A stretch of DNA of 64,000 nucleotides from a virus (IMGVR_UViG_3300032330_001391:53103-117102); one strand, 5' to 3'. Numbered from the stretch's first letter, positions 11,490 through 20,360 are shown. Notes: a model not told the origin generated them from the sequence alone. A program made the numbers and translations.

Positions 11490-11836
11490 TATTTATTCAT
11501 TAATCCCATTATTTGACTTAAATCAACTTCACCTTCAGGTAGTGTACCATTCAGTGGATCAATATTGCCCGTAGGTCTAAAAGGTACATTTTCAGTTGTA
11601 GCTCTACCACCAACCTGCATATCTTCCAGTATGTTACCAAACATAGCTCTACGCTCAGCTGGTGTTAATTGTTTAGGTTGTGCGACATGTGGTTGAGCAT
11701 AAGTATTAGGTTGTACTGTTTCTGTAACTATGTTTTTAGGAGCTTTTACAGCTTCTAGTAAGATATCACGTAATTCTTCTTGAATTACTTCTCTTACTGA
11801 TTCTTTAATAATTTTTTTAAATTTGGTAATATCCAT
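11489..11836 (-). CDS. hypothetical protein (baseplate module)
   Basis: 115-aa ORF, ATGA overlap with gp25-like gene. Confidence 0.4.
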   Translation of the reverse strand: MDITKFKKIIKESVREVIQEELRDILLEAVKAPKNIVTETVQPNTYAQPHVAQPKQLTPAERRAMFGNILEDMQVGGRATTENVPFRPTGNIDPLNGTLPEGEVDLSQIMGLMNK

Positions 11837-11854
11837 ATGTTATAAATATTAAGG

Positions 11855-12844
11855 TTAATAAGCTTTTAAATTATCTCTATCAATCATTAATTTTAATTCA
11901 TTAATTAATAATTCATCTTGAGTAGTAAATGATAGTTCTGTTTGTATTAATTTAATACCACTTTGATTTTTTCCCACAGCTCTTCTACGATTTACTGTTG
12001 GGGTGTATGGTATTTCTTCAATTTCTATCACAAAACCAGCATATGTGGTATTATTTTGTGTTTGTTCAGCTTTAGTTTGAAGTATTGATATTGATATTAA
12101 GTTTGGATCTATTGGGGCAAGACTAGAAGCTAAATTATTATTACATTTTTTAATTTTAACATCTATTGCACTTAATATAATTATTATTACTTGTATATAT
12201 CCATTTATTATTGATATAGCTAATGACGCTGATGCTATCGAACTAGATACTTTAGGTAAACGAGGTGTACCATCTTTTTCAAATAAAAGTTTATTTATAT
12301 TATCTTCTAAATCACTTAAAATTGAAGACACAACCCCAGGAGTACCTGGAGGAGATGGAACAGTCTTTACAGCTAAAGATGTTGATGTCTTGATAGTTTT
12401 AATAGTATCTATAGCTGCTTGACTTATTTCAAGAAAATTATTTAATCCAGTTACAGCTTTAGTTAATCTATCTAATTGTTTATTTATATTATTTAACTGC
12501 GCTATTAAAGCATTACGTTGAGCTAATATAGCTAATAATTTAGGTTCAGTAGGACATCCATCTTTAGATAAGATATTTTCTTTTATATTACCTAATTGGT
12601 CTTGAGCTACAGAAGCACCTAATTCTTTAGCTATACCTATTGCAATAGGGGTAAGTACTGTATATATTTTTTTACCTATTAATGTTATAGTATTACCTAA
12701 TTTAGCACTACCTTGAGGTTTTAAAGAACCAGGAGTAGCCTTTTGAATTGAAGATAAATTAACATCTAGTATTTTACTACTATCACTTTTAGCTTGTTCA
12801 GCCGCTTTTTTTCTTATATTTTCTATATCTAAAGGAGAGGCCAT
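11855..12844 (-). CDS. hypothetical baseplate/tail-associated protein
   Basis: 329-aa ORF with a hydrophobic segment and coiled regions, inside the structural block. Confidence 0.4.
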   Translation of the reverse strand: MASPLDIENIRKKAAEQAKSDSSKILDVNLSSIQKATPGSLKPQGSAKLGNTITLIGKKIYTVLTPIAIGIAKELGASVAQDQLGNIKENILSKDGCPTEPKLLAILAQRNALIAQLNNINKQLDRLTKAVTGLNNFLEISQAAIDTIKTIKTSTSLAVKTVPSPPGTPGVVSSILSDLEDNINKLLFEKDGTPRLPKVSSSIASASLAISIINGYIQVIIIILSAIDVKIKKCNNNLASSLAPIDPNLISISILQTKAEQTQNNTTYAGFVIEIEEIPYTPTVNRRRAVGKNQSGIKLIQTELSFTTQDELLINELKLMIDRDNLKAY

Positions 12845-14088
12845 TACGCTGTTTTAACATATTTTGATTTAGTATTCTCTAAATTAGTACTAATTTGTTC
12901 CAACGTTGTATTAAGTTGAGAAGCTACTGCGTTTAATGGTGCTAAAGGAGCACCAGATGGAGTACTTACTAATGTGCTACATATTTGCATAAAAGACTGT
13001 AAATTTTGTATTAATGTCTTTAATAATGAAACTGTTGTATCACCTAGTAATACTGATTCCGTAGCATCTTTAGACCCTAAATATACATTAGTTGATTGTA
13101 TTATAGTATCAGGGGCATCAATATTAACTGATGATACTGCATTTAAATTAATAGATTTTTTAGAACTTAATAATATATGATCCTGAGTAGTATTAAATAC
13201 TAGTCGGCCTGAATTTAGTATTATTTGTGAGCTATTAGAATATTCTTTAGGGTTAGTAGGTGCATCTGATTTATAACTTACATAACTAATACTTGAAGCT
13301 TCTAATGGTATTTTTTGAGTACTTGTACTGTATATAGAAGATAAATCTTTATTTATATCTTCAGTAATAGGTACCCAACCCTCATCACTAGCATCTGTTG
13401 ATTGTCCATTACGTATTAAGATAATTGGGTCACCATTAGTACCTATAGATGACCAATTATTTTGTCTACCATTAACAGTAGAACCAAAACGTATACTATT
13501 ACCCCATCTGCCTTCTTGTATAACATCTCCTTCAAATGGAAGAAGTGGATGTATATTAGAACGTTCTTTAAATGTTTGCCCTAAAAATATTTCAGTACTT
13601 TGATCAGTAACTCGTCTAACACTACCAGCTTGAGTTTGAGTATAATCTTTAGCTTGTGATGATGGTGGTGTATTTGGATTCTCAGGATAAGCGTTATGAT
13701 GTGGATGATTCCATAATGAAACTAAACTAACATAATATGATCTAGCGGCATTATAAGTTAATCCAATTCCAGTACTAGGTAATGAAATTAAAAATACAAT
13801 TTCATTTATAAGTGGATAATTTTTAATATTAGGATATAAAGGATAAGCTATTGAATATTGCCCTGATGTTGCTTCTAATGGATTATTAACTGCTTGATAT
13901 TCTATAGCTCCTAATGAATTCCACTCTCCTAATTCTTTAAATCTTGGATGAGTACTATCTAATATAATACTTTTAATACGTACAGGTACCATTTGGTTAC
14001 TTAACGCAGATAAAGTCTGCGATAAGCTAACCTGGTTTTGTACGTTTTGAGTTTTATTATATGCTTGGTATCCGTATGATTGAGGCAT
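12844..14088 (-). CDS. baseplate hub/spike-like structural protein candidate
   Basis: 414-aa ORF, S/T/N-rich. Position between wedge genes and downstream genes suggests a hub. Inference only. Confidence 0.35.
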   Translation of the reverse strand: MPQSYGYQAYNKTQNVQNQVSLSQTLSALSNQMVPVRIKSIILDSTHPRFKELGEWNSLGAIEYQAVNNPLEATSGQYSIAYPLYPNIKNYPLINEIVFLISLPSTGIGLTYNAARSYYVSLVSLWNHPHHNAYPENPNTPPSSQAKDYTQTQAGSVRRVTDQSTEIFLGQTFKERSNIHPLLPFEGDVIQEGRWGNSIRFGSTVNGRQNNWSSIGTNGDPIILIRNGQSTDASDEGWVPITEDINKDLSSIYSTSTQKIPLEASSISYVSYKSDAPTNPKEYSNSSQIILNSGRLVFNTTQDHILLSSKKSINLNAVSSVNIDAPDTIIQSTNVYLGSKDATESVLLGDTTVSLLKTLIQNLQSFMQICSTLVSTPSGAPLAPLNAVASQLNTTLEQISTNLENTKSKYVKTA

Positions 14089-14091
14089 TAG

Positions 14092-14430
14092 CTATTTATT
14101 TGGTCCATTGATCTTATCAATCTCAGCTAATAATTGTGCTTTTTCCTCTTCTGAGATGCCTAAGCTACCTTCTCCGGATGTATTACTTAATATTCTTTGA
14201 ACTATAGTTGCCATTTTAATAAGTTGTTCATCATTTTTAACACTTATTTCTAAGTATTCTTTAATCAATGGAACAATTAAAGTAGCATCACCTATATCAT
14301 TTATTAAAGGTTTTAATTCAGATATTAGAGCAGATATTTGTTTTTCTTTTTTCTTTTGGTTATCATATATCTCTTCTAATATATCACTGAATTTCTTCTT
14401 ACCAAAGATTACGCTTTCTAGTGAGCTCAT
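14092..14430 (-). CDS. hypothetical protein
   Basis: 112-aa ORF, charged/helical. Confidence 0.4.
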   Translation of the reverse strand: MSSLESVIFGKKKFSDILEEIYDNQKKKEKQISALISELKPLINDIGDATLIVPLIKEYLEISVKNDEQLIKMATIVQRILSNTSGEGSLGISEEEKAQLLAEIDKINGPNK

Positions 14431-14459
14431 ATATCTTATTTTAGTTATAAATATGTGTA

Positions 14460-15179
14460 CTAAAAATTCGTATACCCATATTCTAGATAAAACATATATT
14501 TCTTTTTAAATATATCATATAGTCTATCTGCTACTTTAGTAATTTTTGATGTTTTTACATCTATTATCTCACGAATATATATGTAAAGTGCTTTTTTATT
14601 AAAAATATCTAAACTATCTCGTTTACGGAATAATTCTAAAATAGCGTCAGCTATCTGAGCGTCTAGTTCTTTAGGAAATAATTCAAATATATTATTAGTA
14701 CAATATTCAATATACTTATCCATAAACTTAGATAAATTACTATGGGCTACTGTAGTATTAACATCATCTAATTGATATGAAAATTTTTCATCTTCTTCAA
14801 TATGAGATACAGGAAGTGCATCTATACGTTTTTTATAATTAGTCTGATTTGATAATATTAAATATCGTTTAGCTATGGTGCCAAAATAAGAAAAAGCTTT
14901 AGTACCTTTAGTTTGATCATATAGATGAATCTTACTGAGTAAGAATGTAATTACTTCATGTTGTAAATCTTCAATATTATCTACTTCAGTATAATAAAAT
15001 TTAAATGTATGAATGATATTTTCTGTAAGTTTAAAAAACGCATAATGGATTTTCTCATTATACAATTTATTACGTTCGTCCATATCATTACTAGCAACAT
15101 ACGCTACAATAGCGTCTTCTGTTTCTTTAGTAAAATATACATTTGATGTTTTCTTTTTCTTCTTAACCTCTAATTCCAT
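14460..15179 (-). CDS. hypothetical protein (possible transcription regulator)
   Basis: 239-aa ORF, Lys-rich N-terminus. Not confidently assignable. Confidence 0.35.
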   Translation of the reverse strand: MELEVKKKKKTSNVYFTKETEDAIVAYVASNDMDERNKLYNEKIHYAFFKLTENIIHTFKFYYTEVDNIEDLQHEVITFLLSKIHLYDQTKGTKAFSYFGTIAKRYLILSNQTNYKKRIDALPVSHIEEDEKFSYQLDDVNTTVAHSNLSKFMDKYIEYCTNNIFELFPKELDAQIADAILELFRKRDSLDIFNKKALYIYIREIIDVKTSKITKVADRLYDIFKKKYMFYLEYGYTNF

Positions 15180-15182
15180 TTT

Positions 15183-15479
15183 TTATATATTCTTTATATT
15201 GAACTGATCCAATACACTTTGTATTGATTTCAATTGTTCAAAGAAAAATCCAACCTCATCATCACTTTCAAAGGAACCTTTACTATCTACTTCTTTAAGA
15301 CGTTTATTTGAATGACTAATAATATCTGATACTTTATTTAGATATGTCATATATCCAGCTAATATTTCAGTTTGCTCATTAACTATATCTTCTAATTTTT
15401 CATTTTTACGTAGAAGATTATAAGTTGTATAGCTTAAAATTAAGATAAACGCGATTAAAACAACTATTAGTACTATCAT
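15183..15479 (-). CDS. small membrane-anchored protein
   Basis: 98 aa, N-terminal hydrophobic helix (MIVLIVVLIAFILILSY), then coiled coil. Confidence 0.4.
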   Translation of the reverse strand: MIVLIVVLIAFILILSYTTYNLLRKNEKLEDIVNEQTEILAGYMTYLNKVSDIISHSNKRLKEVDSKGSFESDDEVGFFFEQLKSIQSVLDQFNIKNI

Positions 15480-16252
15480 ATATTATTCAATAAATTTTTA
15501 AGTCCCTCGGATTTTATACCTCCTAAAGCTTTAGTCTTAGGTGATCTATTTTCTTTGTTCGATTCCAATGTAATATTTTTCTTTGGCTTCTCCACATTTC
15601 CTTTAAATTTAGGTAACCATTCTCTTTCAAATTCAATCCTGGATGCCATTAAATCTGCTTGATGTAAAATATAAGGTAAAGATGTTCTTGGTTTTTGCTC
15701 TGGCATGAACGCTGTTAAGTACTTTTTATTAGATTCATCATACAATCCATCATGGGTTTGTATAGCTACCATTTCATTAAAAGAATACTTAATATTATGA
15801 GCCTGAAGCATATATAATCCTCTATCTGGAACTGATGCAAACGCTAAATTACTATTAAACATATAATCTTCTCCTAATTTATCTTTACGCCATTGATCGG
15901 TTTGAGGAATATATGATTCATATTGTTCATCTCCTATTTTACCTAGATCATGATTTAAAGCTGAGAATACTAATTCTTCAGTAGAATATGTAGAACTATC
16001 TACTCCCATTTGAGCCCAAACATTATTTAATTTAAGGGCACAATCTACTACTCTTATAACATGATCTACATATCCTCCAGGGAAAGCACTATGATATTCC
16101 TTTTTATAAGAGGCGGGCATCATCATAATACGTTCTGAGTATTTATTATAGAATCCTTTTAACTCAGACCTACGAGGTTCTGAGATGTATGCGTCTATTC
16201 GACTCATTAAAATACTCCAATTATCTTGGATTTGTTCTGCTGTTAAATTCAT
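15476..16252 (-). CDS. HD-domain phosphohydrolase
   Basis: 258 aa. H..HDLGK motif (ALNHDLGK) and downstream His/Asp residues typical of HD metal-dependent phosphohydrolases. Confidence 0.6.
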   Translation of the reverse strand: MNLTAEQIQDNWSILMSRIDAYISEPRRSELKGFYNKYSERIMMMPASYKKEYHSAFPGGYVDHVIRVVDCALKLNNVWAQMGVDSSTYSTEELVFSALNHDLGKIGDEQYESYIPQTDQWRKDKLGEDYMFNSNLAFASVPDRGLYMLQAHNIKYSFNEMVAIQTHDGLYDESNKKYLTAFMPEQKPRTSLPYILHQADLMASRIEFEREWLPKFKGNVEKPKKNITLESNKENRSPKTKALGGIKSEGLKNLLNNI

Positions 16253-16269
16253 AACTTATTAATTTTTTA

Positions 16270-16470
16270 TTAGATAGATGTGTTTAATTCTTCTCCAGTT
16301 CTAGGCTCATACTCAACGTAAGATTTAAGTTCATCTATTAACTGCTTCATATATTCAGTTACTTCTAGATACTCATTAATGTTTCCATTACGTTTTAAAA
16401 TAAAGTCTAATTTACTCAGATTTGATTCTAATCTTTCCAATTTACTTCTTACAATTTCTCTTGATCTCAT
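16270..16470 (-). CDS. hypothetical small protein
   Basis: 66-aa ORF preceded by a purine-rich 5' leader. Confidence 0.4.
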   Translation of the reverse strand: MRSREIVRSKLERLESNLSKLDFILKRNGNINEYLEVTEYMKQLIDELKSYVEYEPRTGEELNTSI

Positions 16471-16606
16471 AATTTATTGTTTAAATGTTATATTAAATGT
16501 TCAATCGTTCCCTCCCCCCTTGTTCCTACATCCTCATCCTACATCCTCTCTCCTCCTCATTAACTAAATTCCCTTAAACCCGTAATTTAAATATAATATC
16601 TATTTT

Positions 16607-17041
16607 TTACGCTTCCAAGCTTTCTTGCGCAAAATCTAAAATTTTCTTTAAAACCGTGCATTTCTCATATTCTTCAGTACTGATGAAGTAGTTCAAAGCC
16701 ATGATTAAATTGTTAATTAAATAACTATGTTTGGCCCTGGCTCTTACAGCCATTTGATGATCCTCATTATTTATATCAATTAATTCCAAGAACGCGTAGG
16801 CTCGATTATATACAATAGCATTACTAGCATCTGATAGCAATTCATGATTAAAATCTTTACTATCAGATAATACTTTTTCAAGTTGGTGTTTGAATATATT
16901 ATTATTTTGTATTAATCTTTCAAACATACCAACCCAAAATAACGGTTTTTCATATAAAGCGATAATATTATTATCTTCTTCAGATAATGGTTTATCTTCG
17001 TTTTTATAATCGAATAAAGCGAATATTCTATCTAAGTTCAT
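16607..17041 (-). CDS. hypothetical protein
   Basis: 144-aa ORF. Confidence 0.4.
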   Translation of the reverse strand: MNLDRIFALFDYKNEDKPLSEEDNNIIALYEKPLFWVGMFERLIQNNNIFKHQLEKVLSDSKDFNHELLSDASNAIVYNRAYAFLELIDINNEDHQMAVRARAKHSYLINNLIMALNYFISTEEYEKCTVLKKILDFAQESLEA

Positions 17042-17070
17042 ATATATAAATATATGGCAGAATAAAAAAG

Positions 17071-17091
17071 CACCAACATTACATTGGTGCT
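17071..17091 (-). terminator. rho-independent terminator hairpin closing the tRNA cluster
   Basis: gcaccaa-cattaca-ttggtgc hairpin. On the minus strand the stem is followed by TTTTTTATT. Confidence 0.5.
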
Positions 17092-17127
17092 AAAAAATAA
17101 AAAACAATAAATCATTAAACATACATG

Positions 17128-17207
17128 TACCCTCGATCGGACTTGAACCGATACGTCTCTCGACACGGCTTCTAAGACCGCTGTGTATACCATTCCACCA
17201 CGAGGGC
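17128..17207 (-). tRNA. tRNA-Leu (anticodon TAG), class II with long variable arm
   Basis: Hand-folded: acceptor GCCCTCG/CGAGGGT, D-arm, anticodon loop CTTAGAA, variable hairpin GTCGAGAGAC, T-arm TCGG-TTCAAGT-CCGA, discriminator A. Confidence 0.6.
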
Positions 17208-17324
17208 ATATTTGCTAGGTCACCGATGCCACCTAGCGTGGAGAGTAAAGTTTTGTCTAATTTCTCTTATGAGACATAGTCGCAGGATCTCTCTTATTCT
17301 TCAACCCGAATCGGTATTAAGGTG

Positions 17325-17411
17325 TAGTCAGGACAGGATTCGAACCTGCGACAATATAACCAATTTTTATTGGATAGCATAAACTACTTTGCCATTACAT
17401 ATTACCTGACT
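17325..17411 (-). tRNA. tRNA-like gene, 87 nt, aberrant internal structure
   Basis: Perfect 7-bp acceptor AGTCAGG/CCTGACT and canonical T-arm GCAGG-TTCGAAT-CCTGT. D/anticodon region does not fold canonically: a CCAAT-AAAA-ATTGG hairpin and a candidate 6-nt loop. Confidence 0.4.
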
Positions 17412-17552
17412 GTGTTTTAAAAAACGATTAAATATACTACAGTAAAAGCAGCTGAGATCATTAAAAATGCGACTACTAGTGACATAAGATACATCTCAAC
17501 TGGGTGCATTTTACTCAACATAAATTCTAGTTTCTTTTTCATAATTTTTATG

Positions 17553-17677
17553 CAGTCAGGACAGGATTCGAACCTGTATGTGATATCTTTCACATTATCT
17601 ACTTAACCATTTAGCTCGGGATTTTCGAACTTTTTACTGTTAAGCAATTCAGCATCTACCAATTGCGCCACCTGACT
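17553..17677 (-). tRNA. tRNA-like gene, about 125 nt, with roughly 50-nt extra internal sequence
   Basis: 3' half (T-arm plus acceptor, 23 nt) identical to the 17325..17411 element. Matching 5' acceptor AGTCAGG at 17671-17677. 6-bp hairpin ATGTGA-AAGATA-TCACAT just 5' of the T-arm. Interior too long for a canonical tRNA. Confidence 0.35.
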
Positions 17678-17688
17678 ATGTTCTCTTG

Positions 17689-17760
17689 TAGTCCCATCAA
17701 GAATCGAACTTGAAATAACAGCTTAGAAGGCTGTGGTTATATCCATTTAACTATAGGACC
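17689..17760 (-). tRNA. tRNA-Arg (anticodon TCT)
   Basis: Hand-folded: acceptor GGTCCTA/TGGGACT (2 G-U pairs), D-arm GTTA-AATGGATA-TAAC, anticodon stem ACAGC/GCTGT with loop CTTCTAA, T-arm TCAAG-TTCGATT-CTTGA. Confidence 0.6.
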
Positions 17761-17766
17761 AATAAC

Positions 17767-17903
17767 CTACTTAGATAATGTTGTATCTGTAACTACTGTT
17801 GTAGTATCTGTTGTAGGTGTGGTGGTACTTTGTGTTCCTGTAGAACTGCAAGAAACAACAAACATTGTTGCGATCATAATCGCGGCTAAAACTACTTTTT
17901 TCA
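17767..17903 (-). CDS. small lipoprotein (45 aa), first gene of the tRNA transcription unit
   Basis: MKKVVLAAIMIATMFVVSC... signal peptide with a lipobox-like VVSC, followed by a Thr-rich tail. Below the 60-aa ORF-track cutoff. Confidence 0.4.
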
Positions 17904-17925
17904 TATTTTTAAATTTTAATTTACA

Positions 17926-17960
17926 CTAAATATACTATTAAATCTTTTAAAGGCCAAATT
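17926..17960 (-). promoter_or_regulatory. conserved phage promoter (Bacteroidetes -33/-7 type) driving lipoprotein + tRNA cluster
   Basis: Plus strand reads actaaatatactatta...aaggccaaatttt. Reverse complement gives TTTGG-N-TATATTTAGT. Confidence 0.5.
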
Positions 17961-17962
17961 TT

Positions 17963-18421
17963 TTAAATATATCTTTTACCTATTTCTTTTATCACATCAA
18001 TGGCTTCATTAATGTCTATTTTAAAGAATTCCCTATTACTATTGACCCGGTACGAATCTAAGTATATATGGATATCATTTTCTAAGAATTCACCTTCATG
18101 ACACTTAAATGCAAACTCAACTTTAAATGGTATAGGAACACCAGTAGATGCAGATATTTGTTTAGCACGTTCTTCTGGAGTTAATTTAGTAATTCCTATC
18201 TTAACTATATTAGGCATGGATTCATTAGATAAAATATATACCCAATATTTCCCTTCACCTTCTCTATGGATAGGATATTTTTTCTGATCTGTATAGTAAA
18301 AGACATAATCCCATTTTCCTTCAGAACATGGTATACGAGTAAAGTATGATGCTGGTTGCCCTAAAATATCATCTTGTGTACTTATATATTTCTCTGCTTC
18401 ATATGGTGTTATATACCTCAT
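17963..18421 (-). CDS. T5orf172 (GIY-YIG-like) domain protein
   Basis: 152 aa. The YWVYILSNESMPNIVKIGITK...RAKQISASTGVPIPF pattern is characteristic of the T5orf172/MUG113 domain. Confidence 0.55.
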   Translation of the reverse strand: MRYITPYEAEKYISTQDDILGQPASYFTRIPCSEGKWDYVFYYTDQKKYPIHREGEGKYWVYILSNESMPNIVKIGITKLTPEERAKQISASTGVPIPFKVEFAFKCHEGEFLENDIHIYLDSYRVNSNREFFKIDINEAIDVIKEIGKRYI

Positions 18422-18440
18422 AATTCACTTAAATATATAC

Positions 18441-18995
18441 CTATATAATATGGTCTATAACACCATAACTATTGGCCTCTTCTGCGGACATATACCAATC
18501 TCTATGTTCACGTTTTACAATATCTAATTGCATTTTGGTTAGATTAGTGCGCTCCAATACAATAGAATCGTATATATCCATTATACGTTTACCTTCTTCC
18601 ACCTCATTTCTATGTGTGGATAAATTTGAATCATGTAATGACCATAGTAATTCGTGATACATGAACGTGCTATTTTTACTAGCTACACGATAATGCCCGG
18701 CAGCCATAATTACAAAACCCATTGATAATGCTGAACCATAACATATTGTATGTACTGGTGTTGTACTGGACATAATAATGTCCGCAACTCCTAATCCTCT
18801 ATATATATCTCCACCATATGAATTGATGATGAGTTTGATAGGCTCACGTTTATCTACATCTTTTCCCTCATCCACATGATTTATCTCACAAATAAATTGT
18901 ATAACTTCATTTGTGTTTTCATCATTTATATCACCTAATGATATTATGCGATGGCTTGGGGGCGACTTTTTCATAAAACGTAGTTTATAATACAT
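18441..18995 (-). CDS. ClpP-family serine protease (prohead protease candidate)
   Basis: ClpP/S14 hallmarks: INSYGGDIYRGLGVADIIM...HTICYGSALSMGFVIMAAG (Ser in the GSALSMG context). The ORF track extends to 19049 and overlaps the upstream gene. The internal Met (MYYKLRF) is the likely start. Confidence 0.65.
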   Translation of the reverse strand: MYYKLRFMKKSPPSHRIISLGDINDENTNEVIQFICEINHVDEGKDVDKREPIKLIINSYGGDIYRGLGVADIIMSSTTPVHTICYGSALSMGFVIMAAGHYRVASKNSTFMYHELLWSLHDSNLSTHRNEVEEGKRIMDIYDSIVLERTNLTKMQLDIVKREHRDWYMSAEEANSYGVIDHII

Positions 18996-18996
18996 A

Positions 18997-19518
18997 TTAT
19001 TCTTGCTTCTTTTTCCGGCCACGTTTTCCACCTTTACGAGCAAGTGCATACGCTAATTTCTCGGCTTTTTGCTCTGGTGTGTATTTTGATGGACGGCCTT
19101 TTTTACCCGATGATTGAGCTTTTTGTTCCTCACGTTTCATTTTCTCCTCTGGAGATAATGGTTTCCTACCACGTTTTCCAGGTGTTGTATTGGTCTCTTT
19201 TATAATTTTAATTTTGGTTGTGTCTTTGTCATTACCAAACTTTTTAATACCTAAAACATAAGGATGGACAATTACTTGGTCTAAACCATAATTGTACATA
19301 CATCCATTATCATGATATACCTCAAATCCACCATCGGGAAATGATTTTTTCTCTCCTGGTTGATACATTGCTTTTAATGTGAGGAATTCATTGGGTTGAT
19401 CAAAATATTCCGCCGGCAATACTCTTACGTGTTTAACAAAATTTAAAAACCGAGAATCAACGTCTTCATACACTTTATATGGAATATATCCATCCTTAAT
19501 TTTAGTAGTTATTTTCAT
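18997..19518 (-). CDS. hypothetical protein with basic K/R-rich C-terminal tail (nucleic-acid binding candidate)
   Basis: 173 aa. C-terminus PGKRGRKPLSPEEKMKREEQK...KGGKRGRKKKQE is AT-hook-like. Confidence 0.45.
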   Translation of the reverse strand: MKITTKIKDGYIPYKVYEDVDSRFLNFVKHVRVLPAEYFDQPNEFLTLKAMYQPGEKKSFPDGGFEVYHDNGCMYNYGLDQVIVHPYVLGIKKFGNDKDTTKIKIIKETNTTPGKRGRKPLSPEEKMKREEQKAQSSGKKGRPSKYTPEQKAEKLAYALARKGGKRGRKKKQE

Positions 19519-19944
19519 ATATATTTTGTCGATGCGACTTTTTTATAAAAGGATCTTTTTTAACCTCTGTGATTTTATTGTGTTTTTGGTAAATCGAAAG
19601 TTGAGTATATGAGTATATACTGTCGATGTAGAAAGGTATAAGAGTTATATTCATCACTCAAATCACCCCCGGATAACATACCCACCATATATGGATATCA
19701 ACGATGATGGGAGATTATACCGTGGTTACCTCCTACACCGTACGTACGTACGCCGGGAATATCCGGCGACGCTTTGTACACACAATAAAATAAAGAACTA
19801 ATATTTTGTGTGAATAAATTGAGGTTCGAACTCATTAAAACAGGCCATTACTGTATTTATTCGTTTGTGGTTTTTTGGCGTTCGCCACTTTCACTGACAG
19901 GGCAGGAAACGTAATTGTTTCCCACCCTTAATCAATGTTACTTA

Positions 19945-20295
19945 CTATTCAACATCGGCCGTCGCTTCAACTTTAACTTGTTTTGGACGACCTAACTTAA
20001 CTTCTATCCCCTGTGCGATGCGTTCCGCTTTAATAGCCAAACTTATTTGACGTTTACTTCCTTCAACAGTTGGTCTACCGCGTTTTAATTCCATCCCCAT
20101 AGCCAATTTGGCTTTGCGTGCCTCGAGTACCGCTTGGTTTTTACTTCCTTCAACCGCTGGTCGACCTCTCTTTGGCTGTATTCCGGCTGCGGCCATTGCT
20201 GCTTTTGCTGCTAATAACATTTGACGTTTGCTTCCTTCTACAACTGGACGTCCTAATCTTGTTTCTTGTGTTTGTGTTGGTGTTTGTGTGTTCAT
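19945..20295 (-). CDS. AT-hook-like tandem-repeat protein
   Basis: 116 aa containing three roughly 30-aa repeats (R/L)GRP-x-VEGSK(R/N)Q...K. GRP cores resemble AT-hooks. Confidence 0.5.
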   Translation of the reverse strand: MNTQTPTQTQETRLGRPVVEGSKRQMLLAAKAAMAAAGIQPKRGRPAVEGSKNQAVLEARKAKLAMGMELKRGRPTVEGSKRQISLAIKAERIAQGIEVKLGRPKQVKVEATADVE

Positions 20296-20323
20296 AACCT
20301 TTATTTTTATTTTTTAATTTAAT

Positions 20324-20360
20324 TAAATATACGTTTATTTTTTAGGTGAGCCAAATTTAT
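20324..20360 (-). promoter_or_regulatory. conserved phage early promoter
   Basis: taaatatacgtttatttttt aggtgagccaaattt. One of two tandem copies upstream of the start at 20295. Confidence 0.5.

Noticed and set aside
14460-15179. Possible phage late sigma factor (gp55-like)
   Set aside because: Only a vague size and charge resemblance; no recognisable region-2 motifs. Left as hypothetical.
17326-17576. The 23-bp direct repeat interpreted as phage attL/attR (integration into a tRNA gene)
   Set aside because: The repeats lie 230 bp apart inside a lytic-looking phage tRNA cluster, with no integrase nearby. Duplicated tRNA-derived genes are the simpler explanation, though att-like duplication is not fully excluded.
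17600-17625. Second T-loop-like string gggattttcgaac inside the long tRNA-like element
   Set aside because: It lacks a pairing T-stem. It is probably part of the insertion, not an independent tRNA.
19819-19831. gaggttcgaactc, tRNA T-loop-like sequence in the noncoding region
   Set aside because: No flanking acceptor, D or anticodon stems can be built. Kept only as part of the palindrome-rich region finding.
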